DNA of 64,000 nt from Cenococcum geophilum. Lineage: Eukaryota. The notes below the pieces were generated by a model, which searched no databases, had not been told where the DNA came from, and worked only from the letters and a program-made list of their open reading frames with translations. Location of the stretch: contig CP158635.1 in assembly GCA_050273025.1 (NCBI GenBank), positions 19,096,001-19,160,000 of the forward strand, given 5' to 3'. The position numbers and the translations under genes were made by a program. Shown here in pieces: positions 38,401 to 52,119 of the stretch (positions are counted from its first letter, which is position 1; every line of letters begins with the position of its first letter).

Positions 38401-41400
38401 GACAAAAACCGGAAATACCTAGTAAGGATATACTAGTTATTAAATAAGGCAAAATATAGGAACGCTAAGTATATACATAGTTGGCACCTAGTAGAAGTAT
38501 AAGCCTAAGGGGACTTAATACTTTAGCTAAGAAGATTCCTTACAGAAGAATGCCTAAATAGATAATAGTAGTGGGAATACCTAGAGAATACGTGTCTATA
38601 GCATATTAAAGATAAAAAGCGAACTAAGTTTTGGCTAAAAGTAGACTAAGTATAAACAAGATTAAGCAGCTAATAGTTAGGAAAAGGGGAGGCCTATAGG
38701 ACTAGAGGGAACTAGTAGTAGAGCCTTAGACCCTTAAAGAAATTTAAGGACAATACCTAAATCTATAAGTTAAATAGCAAGATTAACAGTTTAAAGCACT
38801 AATAGATAGTAGAGTAATAAGAAACCATATCTTATTAGTAGCAGTTAAAAGAATGGGACTACTATATAGGAAAAAGGAGTACCCTTACCTATTAGTGACA
38901 ATTTTAGGAGATCTAATAGCCTATAAAGGAGGTATTATTAATCTTAAAACAGGACCTATTTAGTTAACTATTAAAGGGAGACAAATCGAGATATTTTTTA
39001 ATATATTACTATTAGGGAATAATAAGGTAGTACTAAGAATACCTTAGTTACAGGAATATAATCTAAAGATCGATTAGGTTATAGGTTAGGTTAATATTAA
39101 AAATACTTAACGCCATAAGATGTAATAATAAGCTAAGTTAGTATAATACTAAGTAGGAGCAACCTATAAAGAAACGGAAAAAGAACTAAGTTATATACTA
39201 AAGAGATACTATAAGTATAGTAAGAAACTATAGTTACTAAAAAGTAAAAAGCTGTTAGAGTATATAGTATAGGACTATAAGATAGAATTAGAACTAGGAA
39301 TAAGTTTAAGGTTTTTCCTAATCTATAAGCTTACCAAAAAAGAAGGTAGAGCATTAAAAGAGTTTATCCAGGAAACCCTACGGAAAGGATATATTAGACC
39401 ATCGCAGTTATTAGCGGGTTATCCAGTACTATTTATACTAAAGAAGAATAGTAAACTAAGGCTGTATATTAACTATAGATAGTTAAATAGCATTACTAGG
39501 AAGGATAGGTATCCTTTACCTTTAATTAGCGAAATCTAAGATAAAATAGGTAATGCACAAATCTTTACGAAGATAGATCTAAGATAGGCGTACTATTAGA
39601 TTAGAATTAAGGAAGGCAATAAATAAAAGGCAGCCTTTAGGTTAAAGGAAGGACTATATAAACCATTAGTTATGCAATTTAGGCTTATAAACGTACTAGT
39701 AACGTTTTAGAAGCGTATTAATAATATATTAGGAGAACACTTAAATTAATTTATTATAGTATACCTTAATAATATTATTATCTACTTAATAACTAAGAAA
39801 GAACACAGGGAATACATTAAATGGGTTTTAAAGAAACTATAAGAAAAACAGATGCTAGTAGTAATTAAGAAATATAAGTTCTTTACTAGGAAGACCGATT
39901 TTGTTAGATTTATTATTAAACTAGGCTAACTTAGTATAGATTTAAAGAAGATCGAGGCTATAGTAAATTGGCAAGAACTAGAGAACGTTATATAGTTAAA
40001 ATTATTCCTAGGGTTTTATAATTACTATAGAAGGTTTATAGCGCAGTGGTTAAAGGATATTAAACTATTTACGCGCTTAATAAAGAAAGAAAAACTATAG
40101 GCATAGGGAAAGGAATAGTAAGAATTATTTAAAAAGTTAAAGAATTGTTCACCTAGGAGCCAGTTCTTAAGATTTATTAACTAGAACTAGAAATAGTTAT
40201 AGAGACGGATGCATTAGACTTTATACTAGGGGTATACTTTATATAGAAACACCAAGATAGATAGCACCTAGTAGTATACTATAGTCGGAAAATAATACTA
40301 CTAGAGTTAAACTATAATATCTATAACAAAGAGTTACTAGGTATAGTTATAGTATTAAAAAAATAGAAAGTATTCTTATAAGGTATAGAGAAACTATTTA
40401 TAGTTAAAACAGATTATAAAAACCTAACAGGATTCCTAATAATAAAGAAACTTAACTAAAGATAGGTTAAATGGGCAGAGATGCTTACAGAATACTATTT
40501 TAAGATTTAGTATACTAAGGGTATAGACAATACGCGAGCAAACGCTCTAAGTTAAAAAGCTAAACTATAAAGCAATAAAAAGCCATTAGGGGCTTTACTG
40601 TGAAAAGATATAGATAGATTAATTAGGTATAATTATCTAAAAATTATAATAACTTAGAAAGAGTTAAATAAAGTTTACAAATTACTAGAAAGCTTTTAGG
40701 TATAGAGAATCTTTAAGGCATAGCTAGAAGAACAATTAAAATATCTAGGAGAAGAAATACTATATAAGTATAGAGAGGTAAAGTATATCCCAAGAAGCAT
40801 AGCAGAGCATTTTATAAAAGATTTCTATAAGGGAATAACTTAAGGATATAATGGAGCTAGGGGCTTAGTGTTAAGACTCTAAGAGGAGTATATTATTAAT
40901 GGAATCTAGGGCTTAGCATAAAAAGTTATAAGGGAATATTTAGATTATTAAAGAAATAAACTAATAAGGCATAAGCTATATGGAGGGCTACAACCTATTA
41001 AAATACTAGAGAGACTATAGGAGGTTATATTATAGGACTTTATTATTAAGTTACTAAAGTTAAAAGATCCTATTACTAGGTAAGATTATAACGCAATCTT
41101 AGTAATAGTGGATAAGCTTATAAAGTAGGGATACTTTATAGTATATATAGAAGAAATATCAGCAGAAGATATCGCTAGAATCTATATTAAAGAAGTATTT
41201 ATAAGACATAGAGCACTAAGTAAGATTATATTAGATAGAGATTTAAGATTTATAGCAGCATTTTAGGAGGTATTCTTGGCGGAATAAGTAGTTTAAGTAG
41301 TAACTTCTACCGCATATTATCCGCAGATAGACGGTTAAACAGAAAGATTAAATTAGACACTAGAGCAGTATCTAAGACACTATATTAATTACGCACAGAA

Positions 41401-43240
41401 TAATTGGGTATTGCTATTACTAGTTATATAGTTTACATATAATGCAATATCTTAAAAAGGAATAGGTATATTACTATTTAAGGCAAATTATAGATATAAG
41501 CTAAGAATATTATTATTACTACGGTAAGTAAAGAAGATAAGTAGCATAATAAAGGAAAGAATAAAGACGTTAATAAATCTTTATGTAGACTTTATAGAAT
41601 TAGTAAAGAAAGTATAAAAGAGAATAAAAAGGTATTATAATGCTAAGAGATCTAAGGGACTAGATCTTAAAGAGGGAGATAAAGTATAGCTACTATATAA
41701 AAATTTTAAGAGTTAACGACTAAGTAAGAAGTTAGACTATATCAGACTAGGACCTTTTAAAATTGTTTAAAGGATTTTACCGGTTATATTTAAGTTAAAC
41801 CTACTAGCTAAAATAAAGATCTACCCTATATAGTATATTATAATGCTAGAGCTAGTATATAGGAATATTAAGCTACTAGTTTATAAAGCAGATATATATA
41901 GAGGATAGGAAGAGAATAAATAGTAAGTTTTAAAGATTGTTAGTTATAAGGACGTTAACGATAAAATATAGTACGAGGTTAAGTAGATAGGCTATAATAA
42001 GACTACCTAGAAACTACTAGAGAATTTAGAAAATGCTATAGAAAAGGTATAGAAGTATTAGAAGAGATTAGGTTAGGAAGCATTAAATAAAAAGGATTAT
42101 TAAAAAATAAGTTACCTAAGGGGGACCTAAGAAGAGTAGTTGCCGAACTACTTAAATCTATTTCCTTCTTAGACGGAAAAGAGTTAGTTTTCTTATTACT
42201 AAGTTCCTATAAACCCTATTCTATAAGCTTCTACTCCTTAAAACGGACCTTCTTACGAACCTTCTTAAGATGGATTAGTTAAGTAGACGCCGCAAGACGA
42301 GACTTAAGGGCCTATTGCTAAGCATTAGTAGCCTCTTATTTAGCGTTATAAGAACAACGGAGTTCCGCTAGAGTAATAGATAGTTTATTATCTAATTATA
42401 TAGCAGCAGATTAAATATAAAACCCTAAGATAAATTAGTTAAGGAACTAGATAACTATTAAGAGTAATAGGTTATGTATATTTAGTATTAGAGATAGAGC
42501 AAACGTTATAGGACGAATAAATATTTGCTTTAGTGCACTCTAAGTAAGAGGACGGTTATCGCAAAGATAAGTTCGCTAATGCAATATAAACTAATCCCTC
42601 TTTTAAACAGTAAGAATATAGAGACGGTATAATCTTACTAAGAGATAGTATTGCAGCAATAGTGCGAGCACGCCAGACAGTTAAAGATAAAGAAATTGCT
42701 TTAGGTATAATAAGTAATAATATTAACTAAATTAATTAAACGGATATTATACCTCTAGTAAACGACTTAGAGATGTTTAGAATCTTTAAGGACGAAGATA
42801 TAGAGGAGGGAGATAGTGTTACGGACGCTTTAAGTACAATGTTATAACTACTTAGAAAAGAGTTAAAAGAAGCTAGTTAGTTAATTTAGGCATGGTTTAG
42901 GATAGAGCCAATAGAGCTATATAACGAGGAATAGTAACTAAGGTTATATAACGTGATCTATAGAATCTATAGAATCTATATAATCCGTAACAAAGTAGAT
43001 AAAGTACACGTACATTATATATAAGAAGGATTTTATAGGAGTACGGTTATATATTTAAGGACCCTTAGTCCCTACCTAGATAGTTCCTTCCTTATAGTGA
43101 TTTTTAGAATATAATTAGAGTTAATCTATTAGGCAACTACTCCACTAGTTATTATTATGTTATTAACTTTACCTTATATTACCTACACACCTAGCCTAAT
43201 AATAAGCCTATTGTAGTTTTTACTACAAGGTTCCGTTATA
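35402..43240 (+). mobile_element. Full-length Ty3/Gypsy family A, copy 2
   Basis: 424-bp LTRs at 35402-35825 and 42817-43240; TSD AAGGA (35397-35401, 43241-43245); gag CINCGK knuckle, protease, RT, RNase H, integrase, chromodomain. Confidence 0.95.
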
Positions 43241-43375
43241 AAGGACTAGTAGGCGTTTTAGAGGATAGAGTAGAATTAGATAGAGCGCTCTATAAAGAAG
43301 GTACTTGTTAGTTACACAAGGGGATATTACGTAGCTACGGTTCGTAGATAGTATAATAATTGTTATTCTTATATA

Positions 43376-45957
43376 TGTCAGGGAGGGCGAGGAGCTTAAG
43401 GCTCCTCGCCACGCTACTGCCGTGGCGACACGTGACGGTAACTTGCCGCACGTAACGGCAACTTGCCACCTATAATGGCAATTTGCCTTATATAGTGACT
43501 ACTTACCTTTATTTCTAATACTGGCAACTCTTCTTTTATAGTTGCTATTTATATATATATATACCGCTTGACTAGCGTAGCAAATATTAATCCTTTTTAC
43601 TTACTATTGCTATTATAATATAAGTCTCGCTATCCTAAAATTTGCCTCTTAGCATATAGTGCTTTCTTACTTAGGAGTTATAGGTAGATATTTTATTCGG
43701 AGGGCCGCTAAGGCGCTAGTAGTAAGCGAGCTAATAGCGATTTTCTATCCCGGGGATAAAAAATCCTAATTAGCTGGGTTAAGTTAGGGTCTATAAAATA
43801 TTATACTTTAAAAAGTCTTGGTAAGAGAATCTAACTAATTAGATAACTTTAACCGCCGGTTAAAGTTCCTAGATATCTTAAGACCTTATATAACTAAGAA
43901 ATTTCTAGGGACTTCCTTTTAACCTAACCTTTAACTTATACACGTAGAGTATTTATGTTAATAAACGTCTCTAGTGCCTTATTTAGGTTCGCCTTTGTTA
44001 TTATATCTACTAGGTTATCTTGGCCACCAACCTATTAAACCTCAAAAAGCTCTTAACGCTTATAGGATTGCTAAAGCACCACAACATCAACTATAAGGCG
44101 CTTCTCCTTTATAGTACTAAGCTTAACTAAATACTTATAAAGGGAATATAAGTCAGTATATACGATTATAGGGATAATAGGAAGTTTAAGTTAATCTATA
44201 ATTATCTTTAGGGTAGTTCTAATTGCAATTACTATATTAACTCCGCTAACTATTCTATATATCTCTAACACTAAAACACTTTGGGTAATATGCTTGCTCT
44301 TAGTTAAGCTCTAATAGATAAGATTGCTATAGATTATAAAATTATTCTCTCTAGTAAATTCGTTTACGATAATAATCTTATATCCTAACTAGGAGCTAAA
44401 ATCTTTATTATTTATAAACAATCTATTAATAAATATAAAGAGCTTAGCGGTAGGAAGATTAATAGGCACGTAGAGTAGTCCCCAATTAAGATAGTTCATT
44501 TGCTAGAAAAGACGCTTATTTAGGGCAAGGACATTATCCTTAGTTAGTTCCTAGTATTAGGCGGCAATAGAAAGATTAAATAAAGCCTTAGGTTAATAGA
44601 TAGAAGCAATATAAGCTCCGCAAGCGCGTTACTCCACGTATCCTTACTTTAAAGAATTAGCGTTAATAACATTAATCTTCTTACCTTAACCCTTCTAGCG
44701 CAAAGCAATAGAATCCTTATTTAGGGAGAGGATGCATCTATTAAAGAGTAATGGTATTATTAAACTAAGCTTTTCTTTTAGCTTTACTATAAGATTTACC
44801 TTCACTAGCTCGTCTTCTTTAAGAGCTAAGAATTAGTTGTCTTCTAAGATAATTATATTATTAGTTTATATACCAACAATTCCAAATAGAGTTCCCGTAG
44901 TTATAATAAGGAAGTAGGGATTAAATATAAAAGTAGTTATTAAAAGCTTCTCTTTATAGTGCTTGCTATAGGTAGCCCACTAGTAAATTCCTACCTCTAT
45001 AATCCTATATAATGGCTTAAGTATAACTATAATTATATCTTCAGGATACTAGTAGCGAATTTACTTTAAAAGGTATGCTAATATTAAGCGCTAAAGGTGC
45101 ATCTCTAATTAGGTATAGGCTTAAGTAATATCTTATAAATAAACCGCTATTCTATTCTTTATTAAGGAGGAAGCTAGCGTAATAATAACTTGCTAACTAG
45201 CTTGTTAAATTATAAAAGACTACGTAAGAATTACCTCCTTACTACTATTATTATAGCCTTAGATAATAAGCCTTAATTTCTTAAATAGGGCGTTAGTAGC
45301 TTTACCCTTAATCTCATTAACTATTCTTAACTTAAAGATGCGAACTCTATTAAACTTAATAGGGTTATACTTCTTAAATTTAAAGACTCCTCTTATAATA
45401 AGACCATCGATCTCCTACTTATTAGATGCTTAGAAAGAAGCTTTTAGAGTTATAATATAACCTTCCTTTTAGAGCTATTTTGCGAGTTTAAAGTTAGCCT
45501 TCTCCTTAGCTGTTATAAAGGCCATTAATAACTTAACTCTATTCTTAATAGCGGTAACAAATTATTCTTTAAAATTAATAAGATATTAGCAATTTCGTGA
45601 TTCCTTTAGGCGACCTCTGCCGCGCCACGGTTATAGCATATCTACTATAATTATATTAGGATTATAGTCGCCTTCTAAAGCATATTAATCGTGGTTCTCT
45701 TCTAAGGTATCTTTTAGGGTATCCTATAAAGGCTCGGAATTGTTATCTTTATAGTAAGGCTTAATAATAGTTAAACGGAATTAAGTAGGTCTGTAAGGCA
45801 TCTAAATAGTATAAGTCTAACCACTAACTATAATAAGTTAGTGTGGGCCTAACTATTCTCCCTTTTTACGCCATACGCGTACCTTAGACTAGAGTGGCAG
45901 ATTAAGCGTAGTTAAGGTATTTAGGCTATTTCTTACTCCTAATGCGTTGTTAACCTA
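43376..45957 (-). mobile_element. Ty1/Copia, sister of 6618-12706, 3' part only (cut at 45957)
   Basis: LTR 43376-43520 (TGTCAG...CTAATA). The internal sequence is colinear with 6826-9166, and homology stops abruptly after TTAACCTA. Confidence 0.88.
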
Positions 45958-46019
45958 CATCGGGAAAATATTCGCAGGATGAGATTTAAGTAGACTTTGT
46001 TTTTCGCGTTTCGTGTAAT

Positions 46020-46370
46020 TAATATGCAATTTAACCAACTTAACACGCAATTGACTAACTTAATATACAATTAACTAACTTAATATATAACTTAACCAAC
46101 TTAATACGCAATTAACTAACTTAATATATAACTTAACCAACTTAATACGCAATTAACTAACTTAATATATAACTTAACTAACTTAATACGCAATTAACTA
46201 ACTTAATATATTTAAAAGTTAAATAATACGCAGTTGACTTACTTAATAACTTTAAAAGCTAACTGCATATTCCTTAATATGCAATTAACTAACTTAAAAT
46301 TTAAATGATACGTAGTTAACTAACTTAATAACTTTAAAAGCTAACTGCACATTCCTTAACATGTAATTAA
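46020..46370. repeat. Subterminal tandem array of ~20/21-bp units (AATTAACTAACTTAATACGC-like)
   Basis: More than ten direct, partly diverged copies starting ~60 bp from the 45958 junction; a 10-bp TCTTATATAA array follows at ~46478-46560. Confidence 0.9.
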
Positions 46371-46580
46371 GGTAATGTAATATATTATTTTAAAGTTATA
46401 TACTAATTGCGCAAATGAATTTTTATTATTTTCTTAGCCTATAGTATGCTAGCTTATAATATATATTAGGATTAAAATAATTTTATATAATCTTATATAA
46501 TTTTATACAATCTTATATAATTTTATATAATCTTATATAGTCCTATATAGTCTTATATAGGTTCTATACTAGCTTAGCTG

Positions 46581-49500
46581 CTTTTACTATTTATCCTGGC
46601 TTCTATATAATAACGCGATATAGGTTCCTTCTTTAAGAAAGTTGTCTAAGTATAGAGTATTATATTGGTCCTAATTAATATAATTATTAATATAGTATAA
46701 ATCTAGATAAGAAGTAGCGGCTAGAATAATATGCGCGCTTTATAGAATAGATGGCATTAAATAAAAGCAACCACCTCTAAGTACTTGCCTAGTATTTACG
46801 CTTAAGCGCGGCCACCTTTTCACCTTAACTATGCCGTGTGTTAGATGCGGTAGTCTATAATTTAATAGCTGAAGTAGCTCTACTATAGCTCTAGTATACT
46901 ATACGTATATACCGTACTTATCTAACCTTTTAATATCTAGAATAGTAATAATTAGCTAAAGCTAGCCTATAAGTCTTCCACCTAACGGTATGCGGCCCTT
47001 TTTAATACGGTTGTTGTTATCCATATACTTTTGGACCTATACATAATTATACCTCCACTGGTTAGAACATTGCCAATCTGGTATATAACGTACTACCTCA
47101 CTAATTTAGGCCTTAAGGTTGGTTATATTTTTTCCGTCTCGTTTCTAATAGTGGATAGATAGATATATTTTAATAAGTAGGCGCTTAACCTTTAAAGGAT
47201 TCTTCTCTTTCTAGTCCATATTGGAGTTCTAGGTATATTCGCCTTATAGTTTTCGCCTATACTCTTAGATAAATACCATAATACCGTCTAGAAACCCTAG
47301 GATTTTGTAATAGTTTGCTATATAAGATATATAAAGCCACGTCTTTAACCTAAAACGCCTTTAGATAAGATCTATTGCCCTATTTATATCTTTTAAAGGC
47401 TACCAAAGCTTTATAACTGCTAAATGCTATATTAGTTAAGTAACCTATACCTCTAGACGCTAGGAAGACTATAGTATAGAATCACTATTTATAAAAGCTA
47501 TTTTGTCTTCTATTGCTAGTACTACTACCCGTCTTAAATTATAAGAGTAGATTTAAGATAGCGAATCCTGTTTATTTATTAAGTTATAAAACGCCTTAAC
47601 AATATAACGGTGTCTAGCTTCGCCATTTACGCTAGTATAGTACTTATCTGCGCATCTGTATAGGTGGATATTTTCCTTAAAATATATAAGGGTATAGAAT
47701 TTTGGTATATTAAAATGGCCCGTATCAGAATCCTTTACCTTTAGACGGAAACTTTAAAATACGCCTTTAAGCATATTAATTTAATATAGGGCGTGGTGTA
47801 TATATTATAGTGTCTCCTTATTATAGGTGCGATACTAAGCTATAATAACAAAGTTGTATACGGCTCTTGTAAAATGCATAGCATATAGTTCCCTAGACGA
47901 TAGTAGTGGGGCTAGTATAGCGACAAGTTAACGAACTATAGCTTTTTATTTATTACCTATCTATTAAGTAACTTTACTAAATAATAGATTATTAAACCGT
48001 TTTAGCCCTATAAAAGCCGGGATTTATCTAAAACGCTAATTAAGCTAAGCCTCTGTAGATATATTTATTGTGGTTGTTTTTATCCCTCTTCTCTTTCTTT
48101 TTAGCTAGACAATATTACCTACTAGTTTCCGTACCTATTTAATAAGTTGTATAACAATACCCTTTAGAAGCTAATATAGAACATCTACTATTATACCCTT
48201 ATAGATATTAAATAGGTAATAGTGCTACGTAAAACATTCTACCGGGTGTACCTAGTTATCTAAAAATGGAAGAATGTTCTCTAGTTGCTAGCGTTTAATC
48301 TATCTTCTCGTCTCCTCATAGGTATATAGCGGGTATTATTTCTCAGTTAAGTTCTTACACTTTAAAGGGGGGACCTAGCATATAGTACAGTGCTATTAGC
48401 TTTTAACACCTATAAGCAGCACTTGTTCTTTATAGTCTACTATTATTCCATATATAATTAGATAATATTATTGCATAAAATTATCCGTATATTAAAGGTC
48501 TATACCGCTTTCTATAAGATGCTTAATTACTATTATATTTTAGTTTATAGAATATAGCGTTAGAATACTAAAGCAGGACTTACGTTTAAGTATAGTTCTT
48601 ATCGCCTTATAATATACTTTACTTTTTATATTATTATCCTTTTCTTTAATAACTGGTATAAAACTAATAAGAATATTTATGGGGGATGTCTATTAGTATT
48701 AAACTTGTCGGTTAAGATTACCAATAGTAAGATATACCGGCTAGGCCAATTTATTGCCATAGTGCATTATTAGCTGGGTTTTATTAACTACTATAAGTAT
48801 AGGAACTACTATAGCACCGCTAGGAACCTTGCCTTGTGTCTTCTACTACTAGTTACTGCTATATAGCTTATTATAGACTTAGTAGTTATCGGCATTATAG
48901 AGTCTCTTTAGTATATATACTAGTGCATCTTTAAAGGGTCAATGGCCAATTAGAAAGGCAATTATATTTATAATATCCTAGTAAAGAATATAGTATTTCC
49001 TCTACTTAGAGCCTTTAATATTTAATTTTACCTTATACTCTAATTAGAGCCATTATTTGTCTTATATGCTAAATAGAATAGTAGTAATTAGTTCCTCCTA
49101 TTAATTTATAGATTGGAAGCTAAGTAGGCTATAAAGTGGGCTAAGGCGGGTGTCTTTAAGTAGTGCGTTAACGTCTCCCTTTATATAGTAAATGTAGTAC
49201 AGCTATATTAAAAAGGCGTAATTAAACTCTAAATAAAAAGGATTGTATAGTATACTTTGGCTATTATTATGTTATTATATAGTAATATCTAAAATTATCT
49301 GGTTAACTTACTATATATTATTATCGGTTTTATATAAAATTGGTTTACCTACCTTTATATTCTTAGTTGCTTTAAATATCTCTACTCTAAGTAATAATAA
49401 TAACAATAGGACGCTTTTTTAATGTGGTATACCATACGGAGGCACTAGGTGGGCATTCTGCTCATATTTTACCGCCACTAGAGCGTACTTATTAGTATCC

Positions 49501-49736
49501 GTATTTATACCGTCTAGTTATAATTATATATTATCTAACTAGTTAGAGTGGTAGAATTAATTGCGAATTATAAGTAGTTGGGCTGTAATAAACGTGCGAG
49601 TGTTATATCTCTCTTTATGTGCTTTTTTATAGACGTATTAATGGCTAGGCAGCTATCTTTTATAGCACTATAGGTGTTAGTAAAGGCCGCTATAACTTTT
49701 AGGGGTATAAAAACACCATAGACAGCTCCGCTGCAT
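46581..49736 (-). pseudogene. Plavaka transposase with N-terminal C2H2 zinc finger, RIP-inactivated
   Basis: Minus-strand motifs MQRSCLWCF..HL.CH, KTQGKVPSGAIVVPILIVVNKTQL..PVYLTIGNL, DYKEQVLL, VDVL..LLKG and GHFNIPKF match hallmark Plavaka motifs as I recall them. Confidence 0.85.
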
Positions 49737-51370
49737 TATCGCTAATTATATATTAAATAATGTGGTATTATTTCTAGGCGTAAAGAATGCGTATTATGGT
49801 ATTAACGGTTAATTACTAGTATTTAATCTGAGTGGCTTAGCTTTATAGCTGCTAAGAGTATACCTCTTATTTTCTCGCCAAAACTAGTTATACTAAAGCG
49901 TAAGTATAACTAGCTTAACACCGAGTTTAAGGACTTAAGAGTCTAAGGTAATTAAACTAGACGCTAAAGCGTAAGTGTAACTAGCTTAATATTAAGCTTA
50001 ATACTAAGTTTAAAGACTTAAAAGAGTCTAAAGTAGCTAAACTGTAAACTAAAGACTTAATAGTACCTAAAAAACCTTTATCCGTCTAAATAATAATATA
50101 TAGTATTCTTAGGCGATAGCTATAGGACTATAGCTATAGCGAAGATATTATTTACTACTGATGTTATAGAGCCTAATGATGTTAGTTATCCGGACCTGCG
50201 ATTCCGTTATTTCTATATAAGCCGTAGTAAGAAAAAAGGGAGGATTAAGGGTAGTGCTAGTTAAGTTAAGATAACTAAATAAGTTAGTATTTAGAACTAT
50301 AATATCCGGTCTTAGGTATATAGAGTTCTAACTAATGTCTAACTTAAGCTGCCGCCTAAAAGTTTTATATTCGTTGTTAGGGTAACGCTAGAGGGTTAGG
50401 CCGGATAATAGGTATTAGCAATAATATAGATAATTTAAAGCCCGCGAAGTAACTAAATAGAAAGCCTGTGTTTTATAGGCTAACTGCTTATCTTTAACGG
50501 CTTTTAAAAGTTTATTTCTAGAATTCCTTTTAATACCTCCGGTTTCCTATTAAATAGATATATTAGCACGAGCCTATATACTACTAGGGTACGGAGAGCT
50601 AAAATATAGTTAGAGCTCTTTAAATAATTTGGCAGAAAAGAATGGGTTATTTAGGTTAGTCTATAGATTGGCTAGCTTAACCTTAACATCCTACCCTAGC
50701 TTATAAAGATTAGGGCCATCTCTACCCGGTATACTACCGTTAATCTATATATTAGTATCTCCCTTATTTGTAGCAGCTAAAGAAGCTTTAGGTATTTAGT
50801 CTCTAGAAGGTATTATAATACGGCTTTTAAGAGAGCCTACTCCGCGCTAGGGCACCAGACGCTATATTATAGGTAGAGCTTATAGTAGTTATATAAGGCG
50901 GGATATATTTCTAGGCAGTATATATTTAGAGAAATTGAGGCTAAGGTAAGCTTAACGTAGCTATGTTTTTGAAAAGAAATTAAGGCTGAGCTAAGCTTAA
51001 CGTAGTTATGTTTTTGAAGATAAAGAGGCTGTAGTATCGGTTTAGGCGGCTATAGAAGTTTAAAAGATTAAGTAAATAATAGTAGGAAATAGAAGAAAAA
51101 GGCGTATAAATGAGAGTACGGTATTATAGGGCTAGAGTAACAATAGCTATGTTATAGATAGCTTAATATATAATTTGGACTACGGGACCTATATATAAAT
51201 AAGTCTAGCGAATATCTTTAATATAAGGCGTAGTAGCTATAAGTGGGATCTAGGATACTAGTTTTAGGTTGCCTGTGTAGTAGATATAACAGCTTACCTA
51301 AAAAAAGTTACTTTATTAGTGATATAGCTTAAAAATAGGTTATATTTTGGGTAAAAGGGTATCCTAAAGC

Positions 51371-51691
51371 CTTATCTTACGCTTATGGGATAAAATACTA
51401 TATTATATTTCACTTTATTTTATACAATCTTAGACTTTTTATAATGTCTTAGATTATCCCCCTACCTCTCTTTACTATACACTTTACCTTATCTTACGCT
51501 TATAGGATAAAATACTATATTATATTTTACTTTTTTTTGTATAATTTTAGACCTTTTATAATATCTTAAATTATCCCCCTATCTCTCCCTACTATGCATT
51601 TTATCTTACCTTATACTTATAGAATAAAATACTATATTATATTTCACTTTTTCGTACAATCTTGGATATTTTTTAATATCTTAGATTGTCC
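51371..51691. repeat. 117-bp tandem repeat, about 2.7 copies
   Basis: Units start at 51371, 51488 and 51605 (CTTATCTTACGCTTATGGGATAAAATACTATATTATATTTCAC...). Confidence 0.88.
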
Positions 51692-52119
51692 TAAACTTGT
51701 TTCCCTACCTCTTTAGAGCTACTTTACTAACTAGTTATAATATAAAGAATAGAATTATTAGCTCTCTTATTATTATTTACTTAGTTAGTAGCGCAAATCT
51801 TATATCTTATCTCGCTATATACCTTTTGTTCCGTTTCTTACTTTAAGTCTTATATTTTATTTTACTGCCTATATTAAAGCTTATATTTTATCCTACTTCT
51901 TATATTAAGACTTACATTCCGTTCTATTTCTTATATTGCTCTTAAATTGCTCTTATTAGTATTTGCTATTATTTTAAGTTAATATTATTAGCACACCTTC
52001 TTATTATAACTGTTAGGATTGTCTTATTATATTATTGCTAATTATTTAATATATTATCCGCTCTACTGTTTTTATAAGTCACTCTATACTATTCTATATT
52101 AAGCTTTTACCCGCTTATA

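Noticed and set aside
46020..46370. Regularly spaced repeats resembling a CRISPR array
   Set aside because: Units are head-to-tail with no unique spacers, the context is eukaryotic, and no cas genes are present.
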